DNA from: an uncultured bacterium
GTDB lineage: Bacteria; Acidobacteriota; Thermoanaerobaculia; Multivoradales; JAHZIX01
NCBI GenBank assembly: GCA_965368975.1
Contig: CBDUPA010000010.1
Location: 128,001-192,000 of the forward strand
Length of the DNA stretch: 64,000 bases
Direction of reading: 5' to 3'
The notes below the pieces were generated by a model that had not been told where the DNA came from, made no database searches, and saw only the letters and a list, made by a program, of their open reading frames with translations. Every line of letters starts with the position of its first letter. Position 1 is the first letter of the stretch. Below, piece by piece: positions 30,251 to 40,119 of this stretch. The position numbers and the translations under genes are program-made.

Positions 30251-31813
30251 TCAGCTGTGGTTCCAGCGCCTCAGTTCGAGCCCGAGAGCCAGCAGCAGTC
30301 CGGCCAGGTTGCCGGCCAGAAAAGCCAAGACCGACTTGAAGAGGGGGGCTTGCTGTGTCGCCCCCAAAGGCTTGGAGGCTTCGATGCCAATGCTGACCGC
30401 GGGAGCGGCGAGTTGGGCACTGAGAAGGCGGCCATCGAGATAGCCAGGGAGCAGCATCTCGGCTTCCTTCTGTAGGCGGTCGATCTCGCGCTCGACCTGC
30501 TCGAGCTCCAGCTCGGCCTGCCGCTCATGTGCGCTGCGCTCTTCCAACCAGGCCTCGCTCAGCGCGTCCAACCCGTCCGATCGCTGGCGGCTGAGCAGCT
30601 CCAGACCGCTCTCCCGGGCGCGACGAACCGCGTCGACGAGGGTACGCGCCGCCTGCACCTCCGTGTCCAGACGATCCACCTCCTCGGACAAGGCCGTACG
30701 CTGGGCTTCCAGAGACTCGCGAGGCGCCAGCGTCGTCAATAGGTCGATCTCCAGCAGCGCCGCTCGTGTCGACAGCTCCTCATAGAGTGGATTCGGCTCC
30801 TGCTGGACGAGCTGGAGAGTCTGCCAGTTCACGTCACTCTGCGGCGCGGAGGCGTCCTGCCCGACCACCAACTTCCACACCGTGTCGTCGTTGACCGACT
30901 TGCGCGTCTCGACGATCCGGGGAGTGCCGGCCAGCTGTGCCTTGGTCGCCTGTAGCCGCTGCGTCATGACTTCGGCTTCTCGGTCCAGCTTGGCCAGGCG
31001 TGTCTCGAGCTGCCCGAGCGCACCTTGGCGTGCCTCCAGGTGTGCTCTGCGGCTGACCAGTCGCGCCTCAGAGATGGCACTATTGAGCCGCTCGCGGGTC
31101 ACCTCCTGGTGCTCCGACTCCAGGCGTTCGGTCTCTGCACGGTGGTCTTCCAGCCTTGCCCGCCAGCTTCCGTTCAGCTGCAGACGCGCGAGGCCCGCGG
31201 CGTCCTGCTGTGCCACCCGGCGCTGTTCCAGTTCCGCCAAGCGTTCATCGAGTTCTGGGTAGCGATCTTCCAACCGGCGAATCGGTTCCAAGATGCCCTG
31301 GCGCGACAACTGCTCCGCCTGCTCACGGAACACCTCGGCCCACGTATTGGCAGCCGCCTGTGCCAGTTCGGGCGTCGAGCACAGTGCGACCAATTGCACC
31401 AGCGAAGCCTGCGGTGCTTCACCACGGCGACGCGCCGGCGAGATGAGAATCTGGCTACTGAGGTTCTTGCCCACTTGTAGGCGCTCGTTGCCCAGAACCC
31501 CTTGTTCGCGCAGGCGTTGCCGAGTTTCGCCGATCACGACAGGCGACTCGAGCAGGCGCTGGTACGCCTCGGGGGCCAGCGAAATCGGCGCCAGCGACTT
31601 CAGCTCCACGGGCTCGGGACTCAGCAGCAGGCTCGCCATCGCCCGATACATGGGTGGCTGCAGGCTGACGAAAACCCACACCACGGCTGCAGCCAGCACA
31701 CCCGGGCCCAGCAAGAGCCACCAACGGCGGCGGACGAAGCCGACCAGGTCACCGAGCGTCAGACCTGCTTCGGCCGACGGATGGACTTCGGAAGGTGCGG
31801 GAGCGTGATCCAT
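30251..31813 (-). CDS. Wzz/polysaccharide co-polymerase-like chain-length determinant with long coiled coil
   Basis: N-terminal TM followed by PPMYRAMASL; ~350 aa coiled coil; C-terminal TM; no Walker A kinase domain. Confidence 0.75.
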   Translation of the reverse strand: MDHAPAPSEVHPSAEAGLTLGDLVGFVRRRWWLLLGPGVLAAAVVWVFVSLQPPMYRAMASLLLSPEPVELKSLAPISLAPEAYQRLLESPVVIGETRQRLREQGVLGNERLQVGKNLSSQILISPARRRGEAPQASLVQLVALCSTPELAQAAANTWAEVFREQAEQLSRQGILEPIRRLEDRYPELDERLAELEQRRVAQQDAAGLARLQLNGSWRARLEDHRAETERLESEHQEVTRERLNSAISEARLVSRRAHLEARQGALGQLETRLAKLDREAEVMTQRLQATKAQLAGTPRIVETRKSVNDDTVWKLVVGQDASAPQSDVNWQTLQLVQQEPNPLYEELSTRAALLEIDLLTTLAPRESLEAQRTALSEEVDRLDTEVQAARTLVDAVRRARESGLELLSRQRSDGLDALSEAWLEERSAHERQAELELEQVEREIDRLQKEAEMLLPGYLDGRLLSAQLAAPAVSIGIEASKPLGATQQAPLFKSVLAFLAGNLAGLLLALGLELRRWNHS

Positions 31814-31995
31814 GATGGAGGTCGTTGGAACAAGGGCCGGCCAATCTCGTTCGAGCACAGCGCCGTTCGTTTCAATCCGGGAAGCTATCATACAGCCGCC
31901 CCCTTTGACCTCCGACCGGCAGCCACAGTCGCTATGGTACCTTCACCGTTTCCGGGCGCATGCCGTGTCCCGGGTGTCGATGGAAGGATTGCACG

Positions 31996-32586
31996 ATGCC
32001 GCTGGTAGAGCCTCTGTCTCCTGATGCCAACCCGGACGTCCGCGAACTCGCAGAGTTCTTCAACGAGACTCTGGGCTTCTGCCCCAACAGCGTGCTGACC
32101 ATGCAGCATCGCCCTGCCATCGCCCGCGCCTTCATCAACCTGAACATGGCCGTCATGGAGAATCACGGCCGGGTGACGAGCGCACTCAAGCGGCTGATCG
32201 GCTTCGTCGCCAGCCATGCGGCCGGCTGTCGCTACTGCCAGGCGCACACGATCCGTGCCGCCGAACGCTACGGCGCCGAGCAGGATCAACTCGAACATAT
32301 CTGGGAGTATCGTCATCATCCCGCCTTCAGTGAGGCAGAGCGAGCCGCCCTCGACCTGGCAGTGGCCGCCGCGACGGTACCGAATACGGTCGACGAGGCG
32401 CTACAGACGCGGCTGCGCGAGCACTGGGACGAAGGTGAGATTGTCGAGATCTTGGGCGTCATCGCCCTCTTCGGCTACCTCAACCGCTGGAATGACAGCA
32501 TGGCCACGACGCTCGAGGAAGGTGCTGTCGAGTCCGGCCAGCAATGGCTGACGCACGGTGGCTGGGAGCGCGGCAAGCACAGCTGA
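31996..32586 (+). CDS. Carboxymuconolactone decarboxylase / AhpD-like peroxidase family protein
   Basis: GFCPNS, GCRYCQAH (CxxC) and LFGYLNRWND motifs. Confidence 0.85.
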   Translation: MPLVEPLSPDANPDVRELAEFFNETLGFCPNSVLTMQHRPAIARAFINLNMAVMENHGRVTSALKRLIGFVASHAAGCRYCQAHTIRAAERYGAEQDQLEHIWEYRHHPAFSEAERAALDLAVAAATVPNTVDEALQTRLREHWDEGEIVEILGVIALFGYLNRWNDSMATTLEEGAVESGQQWLTHGGWERGKHS

Positions 32587-32772
32587 AGCTCCTCATTTCG
32601 CCCCGCCTCGAAACGGACTGCTGCCCTCACCGGCAGCAGTTTTTCCATTTTTTCGAGCCACAGGCGACATGGTCCGCTCCTCAATGTCGTCTATCTACAG
32701 ACAGGCACACATCACCCGCGCCCTGGTGCGCTCCACGAGTGGAGAGAACGCACCGGAGAAAGGAGCCTGTCC

Positions 32773-34332
32773 ATGCTTGCCCGTGCCACGACCGCGACCC
32801 CCTGGGGCATCGAAGCCCGCAGCGTCCACATCGAAGTCGACGTCTACAACGGTCTACCGCAGACACAGATCGTCGGCCTTCCCGACACCGCCGTACGCGA
32901 GAGCCGCGAGCGCGTGCGCTCCGCGGTCAAGAACTGCGGCTTCGACCTGCCACCGCGCGCCATTATCGTCAACCTGGCTCCCGCCGACCTGCGCAAGGAA
33001 GGCAACCACCTCGACCTCGCCATCGCACTCGCCCTACTGGTGGGCTACGGCCACCTGCCACAGAACCTGCTCGACCAGCGTCTGGTCTGCGGCGAGTTGG
33101 GCCTCGATGGCACCGTCCGGCCCGTGCGCGGTGGACTCGCCCTCGCCGAGTTGGGCCAGCAGCTTGGCGTGCGCGAAGTCCTCCTGCCCGCCGACAGCGC
33201 GCCCGAAGCCGCGGCACTCGGCGGCACCCCGGTCATTCCCGTGCACACCCTCGGTGAAGTCGTCGCTCACCTGCGCGGAGAGGCTACCCTCCCAGCGACC
33301 AACAGCCACGATCGTCCCCCTCGCTGCATCCCCGAACACGGCATTCCCGACCTCGGCGAAGTGCGTGCACAGGAAGGCGCCAAGCGCGCCCTCGAAATTG
33401 CCGCCGCTGGCGCTCACAACTTGCTCCTGGTAGGCCCTCCCGGCTCCGGCAAGACCATGCTCGCCCGCCGCCTGCCGAGCCTGCTGCCACCCCTCGAACA
33501 AAGCGAGGCGATCGAGGTCACCAAGGTCTACTCCGTCGTCGCCGACCAACCTCCCGCCGGCCTCGTCCAGCAACGCCCCTTCCGCAGCCCCCATCCCGGC
33601 ATCAGTACTGCCGGCCTGATCGGCGGTGGCTCGATCCCGCGTCCCGGGGAGGTCAGCCTGGCGCATCACGGTGTGCTGTTCCTCGATGAGTTCCCCGAGT
33701 TCCGGCGCGATACGCTGGAATCTCTGCGCCAGCCCCTGGAAGAAGGTCGTGTCACCGTCGTACGTGCGGCGGCTCGCCTGACGTTCCCGGCACGATTCGC
33801 CTTGGTAGCCGCCATGAATCCATGTCCATGCGGCCATCAGGGAGATCCGCGCTCGAGCTGCCGCTGCCAACCGCAGCAGATCGAACGCTACCGCAGCCGC
33901 ATCAGCGGCCCCCTGTTGGACCGCATCGACCTGCATGTCGAGGTACCCGCGGTCACCCTGAACGATCTGCGCTCCAAAGCCGGCGAACCCTCCGCCACCG
34001 TCGCGGCCCGCGTGCGCGAGGCCCGCCAGCGTCAGCTCGCGCGTTTCCGCGCGACTTCACGCACCGTCGAAGGCAAGATCTCCCTGTCCACGACCGTCAA
34101 CGCGGCGATGGGACCCGCCGACGTGCGTCGCTGGTGCAGTGTCGACGCCGAGACCCACAGCTTGCTCGACCGCGCCTTCGAAAAGCTGGGGCTTTCCGCC
34201 CGCGCACTCGAACGCGTCTTGAAAGTCGCCCGCACCATCGCCGACCTGGCCGGTGAGGAAGCCATCCGTTCCGGGCACGTCCTGGAAGCCGTCCAGTACC
34301 GCACTCTCGATCGGCGCGTCCCGGGAACCTGA
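32773..34332 (+). CDS. comM: YifB/ComM Mg-chelatase-like AAA+ ATPase
   Basis: VGLPDTAVRESRER, NLAPADLRKEG, GPPGSGKT, RPGEVSLAHHGVLFLDE, AMNPCPCG and SGPLLDRID motifs. Confidence 0.95.
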   Translation: MLARATTATPWGIEARSVHIEVDVYNGLPQTQIVGLPDTAVRESRERVRSAVKNCGFDLPPRAIIVNLAPADLRKEGNHLDLAIALALLVGYGHLPQNLLDQRLVCGELGLDGTVRPVRGGLALAELGQQLGVREVLLPADSAPEAAALGGTPVIPVHTLGEVVAHLRGEATLPATNSHDRPPRCIPEHGIPDLGEVRAQEGAKRALEIAAAGAHNLLLVGPPGSGKTMLARRLPSLLPPLEQSEAIEVTKVYSVVADQPPAGLVQQRPFRSPHPGISTAGLIGGGSIPRPGEVSLAHHGVLFLDEFPEFRRDTLESLRQPLEEGRVTVVRAAARLTFPARFALVAAMNPCPCGHQGDPRSSCRCQPQQIERYRSRISGPLLDRIDLHVEVPAVTLNDLRSKAGEPSATVAARVREARQRQLARFRATSRTVEGKISLSTTVNAAMGPADVRRWCSVDAETHSLLDRAFEKLGLSARALERVLKVARTIADLAGEEAIRSGHVLEAVQYRTLDRRVPGT

Positions 34333-35520
34333 GATGGGCCGTGCTCTGCGCTACGTACCCCCTGGCGGCGCGCTGGTCGAAGTCACCACGCGCACGGTCC
34401 ACAGCCGTTACCTGCTGCGTCCTACCAGCTGGGTCAACGAATCCATCGTCGGAGTTCTCGGGCGGGGCCGGCGTCGCGTCCCGGATCTTCGGCTATGCAG
34501 TCTCGTCTTCCTGTCGAACCACTACCACCTGCTCCTCTGGGTACCCAATGCGAAAGCGCTACGCACGTTCATGGAGTTCGTCAACTCCAACCTGGCACGC
34601 GAGGTCGGAAGGATCGTGGGGTGGCGCGAGAAATTCTGGTCGCGTCGCTATCAGCACGTCGTCGTCAGCCAGGAACCGCAGGCACAGGTCGAACGCCTAC
34701 GCTACATCCTGTCGCACGGCGTCAAAGAGGACCTCGTCCACAAAGCCGAAGACTGGCCGGGCGTCCACGGCATTCGCAACCTGCTATATGGCGAGGCTTT
34801 GCTCGGCTATTGGTTCGACCGCAGCCAGGAGTACGCGGCTCGGCAACGTGGAGAATCCTACGAGCGTCTCACCCACGCCACGCCTGAGACTCTGCACTTG
34901 GATCCGCTCCCCTGCTGGCGTCATCTGAGCGTCGAGGAACGTCGCGAGCAGGTGCGGCAGCTGTTGGCGGAGATCGAGATCGAGCACCGGGAGCGTCGAG
35001 TCCGCGAGCGCAATAGAGTTTTGGGCGTCAATGGCGTCAAGGCACAGCATGTCCACGAGCGTCCCCGCAAGACCAAGAAGTCCCTGGCACCTCGTTGTCA
35101 CGCAGTGAGTAGGTCGGCGCGGCGGGAGTTGAAGCAGGCGTACGCCGCATTCCGCGCCGCATTCCGGGATGCGGCGCAAGCCTTGCTCGCGGGCGATCGT
35201 ACTGCCAAGTTCCCTGAAGGCAGCTTTCCGCCAGCGCTTCCGTTCATCGTCCCGAATCTGCTGGCTCGCCCGCAGCCGACCTGATCATAGAAACCTGCAA
35301 GGCAACCCCGAGCAAGACGTGCTGGCCCGGTAGGACAGCGCGACAGATGAGGTGCGCTCGGAATCCCCGATTTCTATGGTCACAGACCACGGGAAGGTCG
35401 AGGGTGCGTTGCCTTGCCTTGAACCCGGTACCCCAGAACCTTCGAAAGGTCAGGGTCTTGGCCTTCCCTCCGCTCTCCGACGACCAGCAAGGTTGGATTC
35501 CCTCGATGTCCCTGGCACCT
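34318..35520. mobile_element. Candidate Y1-transposase element bounded by 13-bp near-identical direct repeats
   Basis: GTCCCGGGAACCT (34318-34330) and GTCCCTGGCACCT (35508-35520) flank the transposase. Confidence 0.45.
34334..35284 (+). CDS. HUH (Y1) transposase, RAYT / IS200-like with C-terminal extension
   Basis: VEVTTR; LSNHYHLLL (HUH motif); FWSRRY; RLRYILSHGVKEDLV (catalytic Tyr helix); C-terminal FPEGSFPP. Confidence 0.85.
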   Translation: MGRALRYVPPGGALVEVTTRTVHSRYLLRPTSWVNESIVGVLGRGRRRVPDLRLCSLVFLSNHYHLLLWVPNAKALRTFMEFVNSNLAREVGRIVGWREKFWSRRYQHVVVSQEPQAQVERLRYILSHGVKEDLVHKAEDWPGVHGIRNLLYGEALLGYWFDRSQEYAARQRGESYERLTHATPETLHLDPLPCWRHLSVEERREQVRQLLAEIEIEHRERRVRERNRVLGVNGVKAQHVHERPRKTKKSLAPRCHAVSRSARRELKQAYAAFRAAFRDAAQALLAGDRTAKFPEGSFPPALPFIVPNLLARPQPT

Positions 35521-35578
35521 TTTTGGACAGTCGGAACGCTGCCTGCGCAGCCAGCACAGGAGACCGTATAATGTGCCG

Positions 35579-35992
35579 ATGAAACAGATTCCCTTGCTCC
35601 TGCTGGGCCTGGCCCTGCTCCTGCCCCTCCCCGCCGGCACTCTCGCTGCCGACGACTCGACTCCCACGGACAGCCGAACGCTGACGGGAGAGTACTTCTG
35701 GCAAGATGCCGATTTGCATGGCGACCTCGAGGCCGTGTTCACGCCGACGGGCGAAAACGAGTGGAGCGTCGAGTTCCACTTCACCTTCCGCGATCGGCCA
35801 CGCACCTACTCTGGAACCGCGATGGGTAACCTGGAGACCGGTAGCCTTGATGGCACAGTGTATGGCGAGAGTCGCCGAGGCCAACGTGAATGGGTCTTCC
35901 GCGGAAGTTTCGAGGACGGCACCTTCCGAGGCGACCACGCCGAGATGGAAGATGGCGAGGAGATCCCCTCGGGCACTCTGACACTGCATTGA
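35579..35992 (+). CDS. Small secreted hypothetical protein (beta-rich)
   Basis: Signal peptide ..PAGTLA; Gly-rich beta strands; followed by a terminator hairpin. Confidence 0.7.
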   Translation: MKQIPLLLLGLALLLPLPAGTLAADDSTPTDSRTLTGEYFWQDADLHGDLEAVFTPTGENEWSVEFHFTFRDRPRTYSGTAMGNLETGSLDGTVYGESRRGQREWVFRGSFEDGTFRGDHAEMEDGEEIPSGTLTLH

Positions 35993-36029
35993 CCCCCACC
36001 GCCTTGACGCGGCATCAACGCTCGGAAAC

Positions 36030-36059
36030 AACGGCCCCGCCTCCGGGGCCGTTTCCTTT
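36030..36059 (+). terminator. Rho-independent terminator
   Basis: AACGGCCCC..GGGGCCGTT stem followed by TCCTTT. Confidence 0.55.
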
Positions 36060-36277
36060 GGTCCCGTCTTGGCGCTGCCACCTCCACCACCCTCCCCAAG
36101 AGCTAGACGGTGCGGCAGCGCCGCCCTCCTCCATGCCCCATCCTGCTGAGTTTTCCAGCCCGCGACCGCCCCTCTTGCGGCCGTGCACCACGTTCTCCGC
36201 AACGCCCGGCCCAACCCTCCGCACCCCCGCCCCCTTCGCGCGAAAACGCGCACACTCCAGAGAAACACCACCAATTA

Positions 36278-36374
36278 CTGCGCGATTTCGCGCAGCTCGT
36301 TTCTGCGCACTCCACGGGAAAGCCCTGAAACTGGCGTAATCAGGGCTCGATTGCAACCTGGCAGACAAATTGCA
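36278..36374 (+). promoter_or_regulatory. Candidate sigma54 promoter with upstream palindromic activator site
   Basis: TGGCAGACAAATTGCA (GG-N10-GC) at 36359-36374; inverted repeat CTGCGCGA-tt-TCGCGCAG at 36278-36295. Confidence 0.45.
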
Positions 36375-36484
36375 GTCACCCTATATCCGAAAGGATTTGT
36401 ACTCGACTCCCATGAAGCTAGCAGCCACTTTGCCTCGGAGTACATCACTTGAAGCAGCACACTGATTTCCAGAAAGGAAGCACG

Positions 36485-39370
36485 ATGAACGCCTCAACCC
36501 ATACCTTGCGCCTTGTTGTTTCCGCGTTTCTTCTCGCTGTCGTGCTCGCCGCGACCGCAACGCCTACTCAGGCAATGGCCCCAACGCAGCTTCCCGGCCT
36601 CGACCGGCCGGTGACCGTCATTGAGGACACGGAAGGCATTCCGCACATCTACGCCACGACCGAGCAGGACGCCTACTATCTGCTCGGCTACCTGCACGCC
36701 CGCGACCGCTACTTCGCCATGGATTTCTACCGTCACCTGTTCAGCGGCCGCCTGGCTGAACTCCTCGGGGCCGGAGCCCTGAGCTCCGACTTCCAGCTCC
36801 GCGCGTTCAACCTCAGCACGATCTCAGAGGCCAACGCCGACGCGCTTCCGCAGGTGACCCAGGATTGGCTGCAGGCCTACTCCGACGGAATCAACGCCTA
36901 CGTGCAGAACAATCCCCTGCCGATCGAGTACACGCTCTTCGAACTCACCCATTCCAGCATTTCTCCGTGGACGCCGGCCGACAGCATCATGATGTGGAAG
37001 GGCTTTGCGGCCGGTGCCTGGCTGGACTTGAAAGAACTCCAGAACACCCTGACGCTGTTCGACTACCAAGCAGCGTCGAGCCAGAACAAAGCCATCTCGT
37101 TCAATGGCAGCAGCCTGTACACCGACGATGTGCACCGTTCCGCGCCCTTCCTACCCGCGGTGATCGTTCCCGAAGGCGAAGGCTCTCGCCAGAGCTTGCG
37201 CACCGCCGAGACCACGACACCTCCGAACGCTCGCAGCCGCAGTCGCATCGACAGCAGCTACCTGCGCCCCGAAACGCTGGAGCTGGCCGCCGAGTACCGC
37301 CGGCAAGCCCTCGAGAATCAGGTCCTGCAAGAGGTCGTCATCGACACCAGCAAGGGCAGCAACTGGTGGCTGATCTCCGGCGACTTGACGGAAGACGGAC
37401 AGCCCCTGTTCGCAGGCGACCCGCACCAACCCGTCACCATGCCCACGATCCTCTATGAAGCTCATCTGCACGTGAACGGCAGGCCCACCGAGCGGCTCAA
37501 CGCCAGCGGCGGCACGTTCCCCGGAATCCCAGTCACCGTGGTGGGTTGCAGCGACCACCATTGCTGGAGCGCCACCAACAGCAGTCATGACGTCTCAGAC
37601 ATCTTCCAAGAGCTCGTAGTCTTCGACAACGGCGAACCGGTCGCCACGCTGTACCAAGGGCAGCAGGAACCACTCAATGCTGTCGACCACACGTTCGCGG
37701 CCAATGTCATCGGTGACGGCGTCCCTGACAATCCGTCGACCGTGACCCAGGCGCGCTTCTACTACGTACCTCGGCGCAGCAACGGACCTATGCTCTCGAT
37801 TGGCACACCAGTCGACGGAGTCGCCGTGGGTCTGTCCGTACAGTACGTCGGCTGGCAGCCCCATCTGGACCTCGAAGGTCTGCGCCGGCTCCCCCGGGTA
37901 GATAGCCCCGAAGCCTTCAACACTGCCATCGAGCACATCAAGGAGTGGATCCTCAACTTCGGGTACGTCGACACGGACGGCAACATCGCCTACCGCGTCA
38001 GCGGCTCGGTCCCCTTGCGTGACGACCTGCAGAACCTGGGGGCTCCGGAGGGTCTGCCTCCCTTCTTCCTGCGTGACGGCACGGGCAACCTGCGCCATGA
38101 GTGGCTGCCGGAACAGGAGTCGGCCGATCCTCTGAACCTACAGCCCTACGCCATCCTGCCTGCCCGCGAGATGCCGCAAGTGGCAAACCCGCGCCAAGGC
38201 TTCATCGTCAGCGCCAACAACGACCCGGTCGGCAACACGATCGACAACGATCCGATCAACCAGCTACGCGATGACGGCGGCATCTTCTACCTCGGCTACC
38301 AGTACGCTGGAATCCGCGCCGCCAAGATCCAACAGCAGCTGAGCCAGATGCTGGGAGACGACGGCTTCATCAGCCTGGAAGAAATCCGCCAGGTACAAGG
38401 GAACTCGCAGATGCTGGATGCCGAGGCTCTGCTCCCGTTCCTCCTGGAGGCGTACACCAATGCTTCCACTGGCGGGGCGGAACCGCAGCTGGCCGCCCTG
38501 GCCGCGGACCCACGCGTAGCCGAAGCCATGAGCCGCTTGGCGAGCTGGGATTTCTCGACACCGACTGGCTTGCAAGCCGGCTTCGATCAGGGCGACGACC
38601 CTTCGAACCTCGCGACTCCGAGCCACCAGGAGATCGCCAACAGCGTCGCGACCACGATCTACTCGGTGTGGCGCGGTCAAGCCGTACGCCAGATCATCGA
38701 TGCTCCCTTGCTCGCACTGGGCTTCGGACAACAGACCCTGCCGCAGGACCGTGTAGCTATGAACAGCCTGTTCAACCTGCTACAGAGCTTCGACCTGAAC
38801 GAGGGCTTCGGCGCCTCCGGCATCGACTTCTTCCCGATCGAAGGCATCGACCGCGACACGGCACGCGACTTGACGCTGCTGCGATCTCTGCGCGACGCGC
38901 TCGACTTGCTGGCTGGACCGGCCTTCGCTGACGCCTTCAGCAACTCGACTGATCAAGATGATTACCGCTGGGGCAAGCTGCATCGCATCACCTTTAACCA
39001 CTTGGTGCTCCCCACTTTCAGCGTGCCTCCAGCGGGCGGCTTCCAGAACGTGGCGACCAATCTGCCCGGAATCGCGGTGGATGGAGGCTACGCCACGATC
39101 GACCAGGCCAACCACAACGTCCGTGGCGACAATGCCGGTGCCTTCACCTTCAGCGTGCCTCCGGGCCGCAGGGGAATCGCCTCTCTGTCGCGCAACGGCG
39201 TCGAAGCACTGCAGATCCTGCCCGGTGGCAATGCCGGGGATCCGTCGAACCCCTACTTCACCAACCAGATGGGCCGGTACTTGACGAATCAGTACGCGCC
39301 AGTACCGCTGTCTGTCGGCGAGGTGATGAGCGTACGACAGAGCCAGAGTCTGTTCCTACCGGCCCATTGA
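36485..39370 (+). CDS. Secreted penicillin acylase / AHL-acylase family Ntn-hydrolase (S45)
   Basis: Signal peptide; DTEGIPHIYA; GYLHARDR; autocleavage site KG|SNWW; GDPH; SANND; WGKLH; LPGGNAG. Confidence 0.9.
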   Translation: MNASTHTLRLVVSAFLLAVVLAATATPTQAMAPTQLPGLDRPVTVIEDTEGIPHIYATTEQDAYYLLGYLHARDRYFAMDFYRHLFSGRLAELLGAGALSSDFQLRAFNLSTISEANADALPQVTQDWLQAYSDGINAYVQNNPLPIEYTLFELTHSSISPWTPADSIMMWKGFAAGAWLDLKELQNTLTLFDYQAASSQNKAISFNGSSLYTDDVHRSAPFLPAVIVPEGEGSRQSLRTAETTTPPNARSRSRIDSSYLRPETLELAAEYRRQALENQVLQEVVIDTSKGSNWWLISGDLTEDGQPLFAGDPHQPVTMPTILYEAHLHVNGRPTERLNASGGTFPGIPVTVVGCSDHHCWSATNSSHDVSDIFQELVVFDNGEPVATLYQGQQEPLNAVDHTFAANVIGDGVPDNPSTVTQARFYYVPRRSNGPMLSIGTPVDGVAVGLSVQYVGWQPHLDLEGLRRLPRVDSPEAFNTAIEHIKEWILNFGYVDTDGNIAYRVSGSVPLRDDLQNLGAPEGLPPFFLRDGTGNLRHEWLPEQESADPLNLQPYAILPAREMPQVANPRQGFIVSANNDPVGNTIDNDPINQLRDDGGIFYLGYQYAGIRAAKIQQQLSQMLGDDGFISLEEIRQVQGNSQMLDAEALLPFLLEAYTNASTGGAEPQLAALAADPRVAEAMSRLASWDFSTPTGLQAGFDQGDDPSNLATPSHQEIANSVATTIYSVWRGQAVRQIIDAPLLALGFGQQTLPQDRVAMNSLFNLLQSFDLNEGFGASGIDFFPIEGIDRDTARDLTLLRSLRDALDLLAGPAFADAFSNSTDQDDYRWGKLHRITFNHLVLPTFSVPPAGGFQNVATNLPGIAVDGGYATIDQANHNVRGDNAGAFTFSVPPGRRGIASLSRNGVEALQILPGGNAGDPSNPYFTNQMGRYLTNQYAPVPLSVGEVMSVRQSQSLFLPAH

Positions 39371-39407
39371 GCCTGGGCTGCCTACCCTACCTACGACCCT
39401 CGGCAAG

Positions 39408-39438
39408 ACGCCCTCGTCCGCACAGCGGGCGAGGGCGT
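39408..39438. terminator. Hairpin between convergent genes (probable bidirectional terminator)
   Basis: ACGCCCTCGTCCGC-aca-GCGGGCGAGGGCGT. Confidence 0.6.
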
Positions 39439-39470
39439 TCCTCATTGTAGGCCGCTGAACTCCGCAGCCC

Positions 39471-40022
39471 TCAGGGATTGTTGCGCAGCAGACCGAAGCC
39501 GCGTTGGATGTTGACGTTGATCAAGCTCCACTCGCCAGCCGGACGGTAGTAGAAGAACTCCCACATGATCGGAGCCTGCTGGTACTTCGCCACGTAGAGC
39601 AAGCGCAGCAGGGACTCGCCAAAGCGGTCTTCGCGCAGCCGCTCGAAGCCGACCGGCACGCCGAACAGCCCTTCCAGGGCCACCACCTGATCGCCGATCT
39701 TCTTGGCGGCCTCGCCATCACGCTGAGCGATCAGTGAACCCGCCATCAGGGTTTCCGCCGCGCCCGTGCGAACGGCTTCGTCGTCGCTGCGGAGGGCATC
39801 CAGGAACGTCTCGCTGTGTCCTCGCGGCTCGATCGGGGCCGCCGTAGCAGGAGACGCCGCTTCAGCATCTGCCGGAGCTGCGCCTTCGGCAACCTCCGCG
39901 ACCGGCTCTTGAGCCAGCAAGTTCGGGGGTGCCAGCAGCACCGCCAAGCACCAACCTAGTGCAATCATCCAGGACAAAGCCGATGTGCGGCGAGCGGCGG
40001 ACAAGCGTGATTCGATAGTCAT
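39471..40022 (-). CDS. Secreted hypothetical protein
   Basis: Signal peptide, Ala/Pro/Glu linker, and a compact alpha/beta domain ending WEFFYYRPAGEWSL. Confidence 0.65.
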   Translation of the reverse strand: MTIESRLSAARRTSALSWMIALGWCLAVLLAPPNLLAQEPVAEVAEGAAPADAEAASPATAAPIEPRGHSETFLDALRSDDEAVRTGAAETLMAGSLIAQRDGEAAKKIGDQVVALEGLFGVPVGFERLREDRFGESLLRLLYVAKYQQAPIMWEFFYYRPAGEWSLINVNIQRGFGLLRNNP

Positions 40023-40119
40023 CTGTGGGTCACCTCCATAGTCTCAGATTGCGGTCGGACACGGCATTCTACTCCGCATCGATCCTGAACGTGCCAGCCC
40101 TGCGGTATCCTGGAACGGC

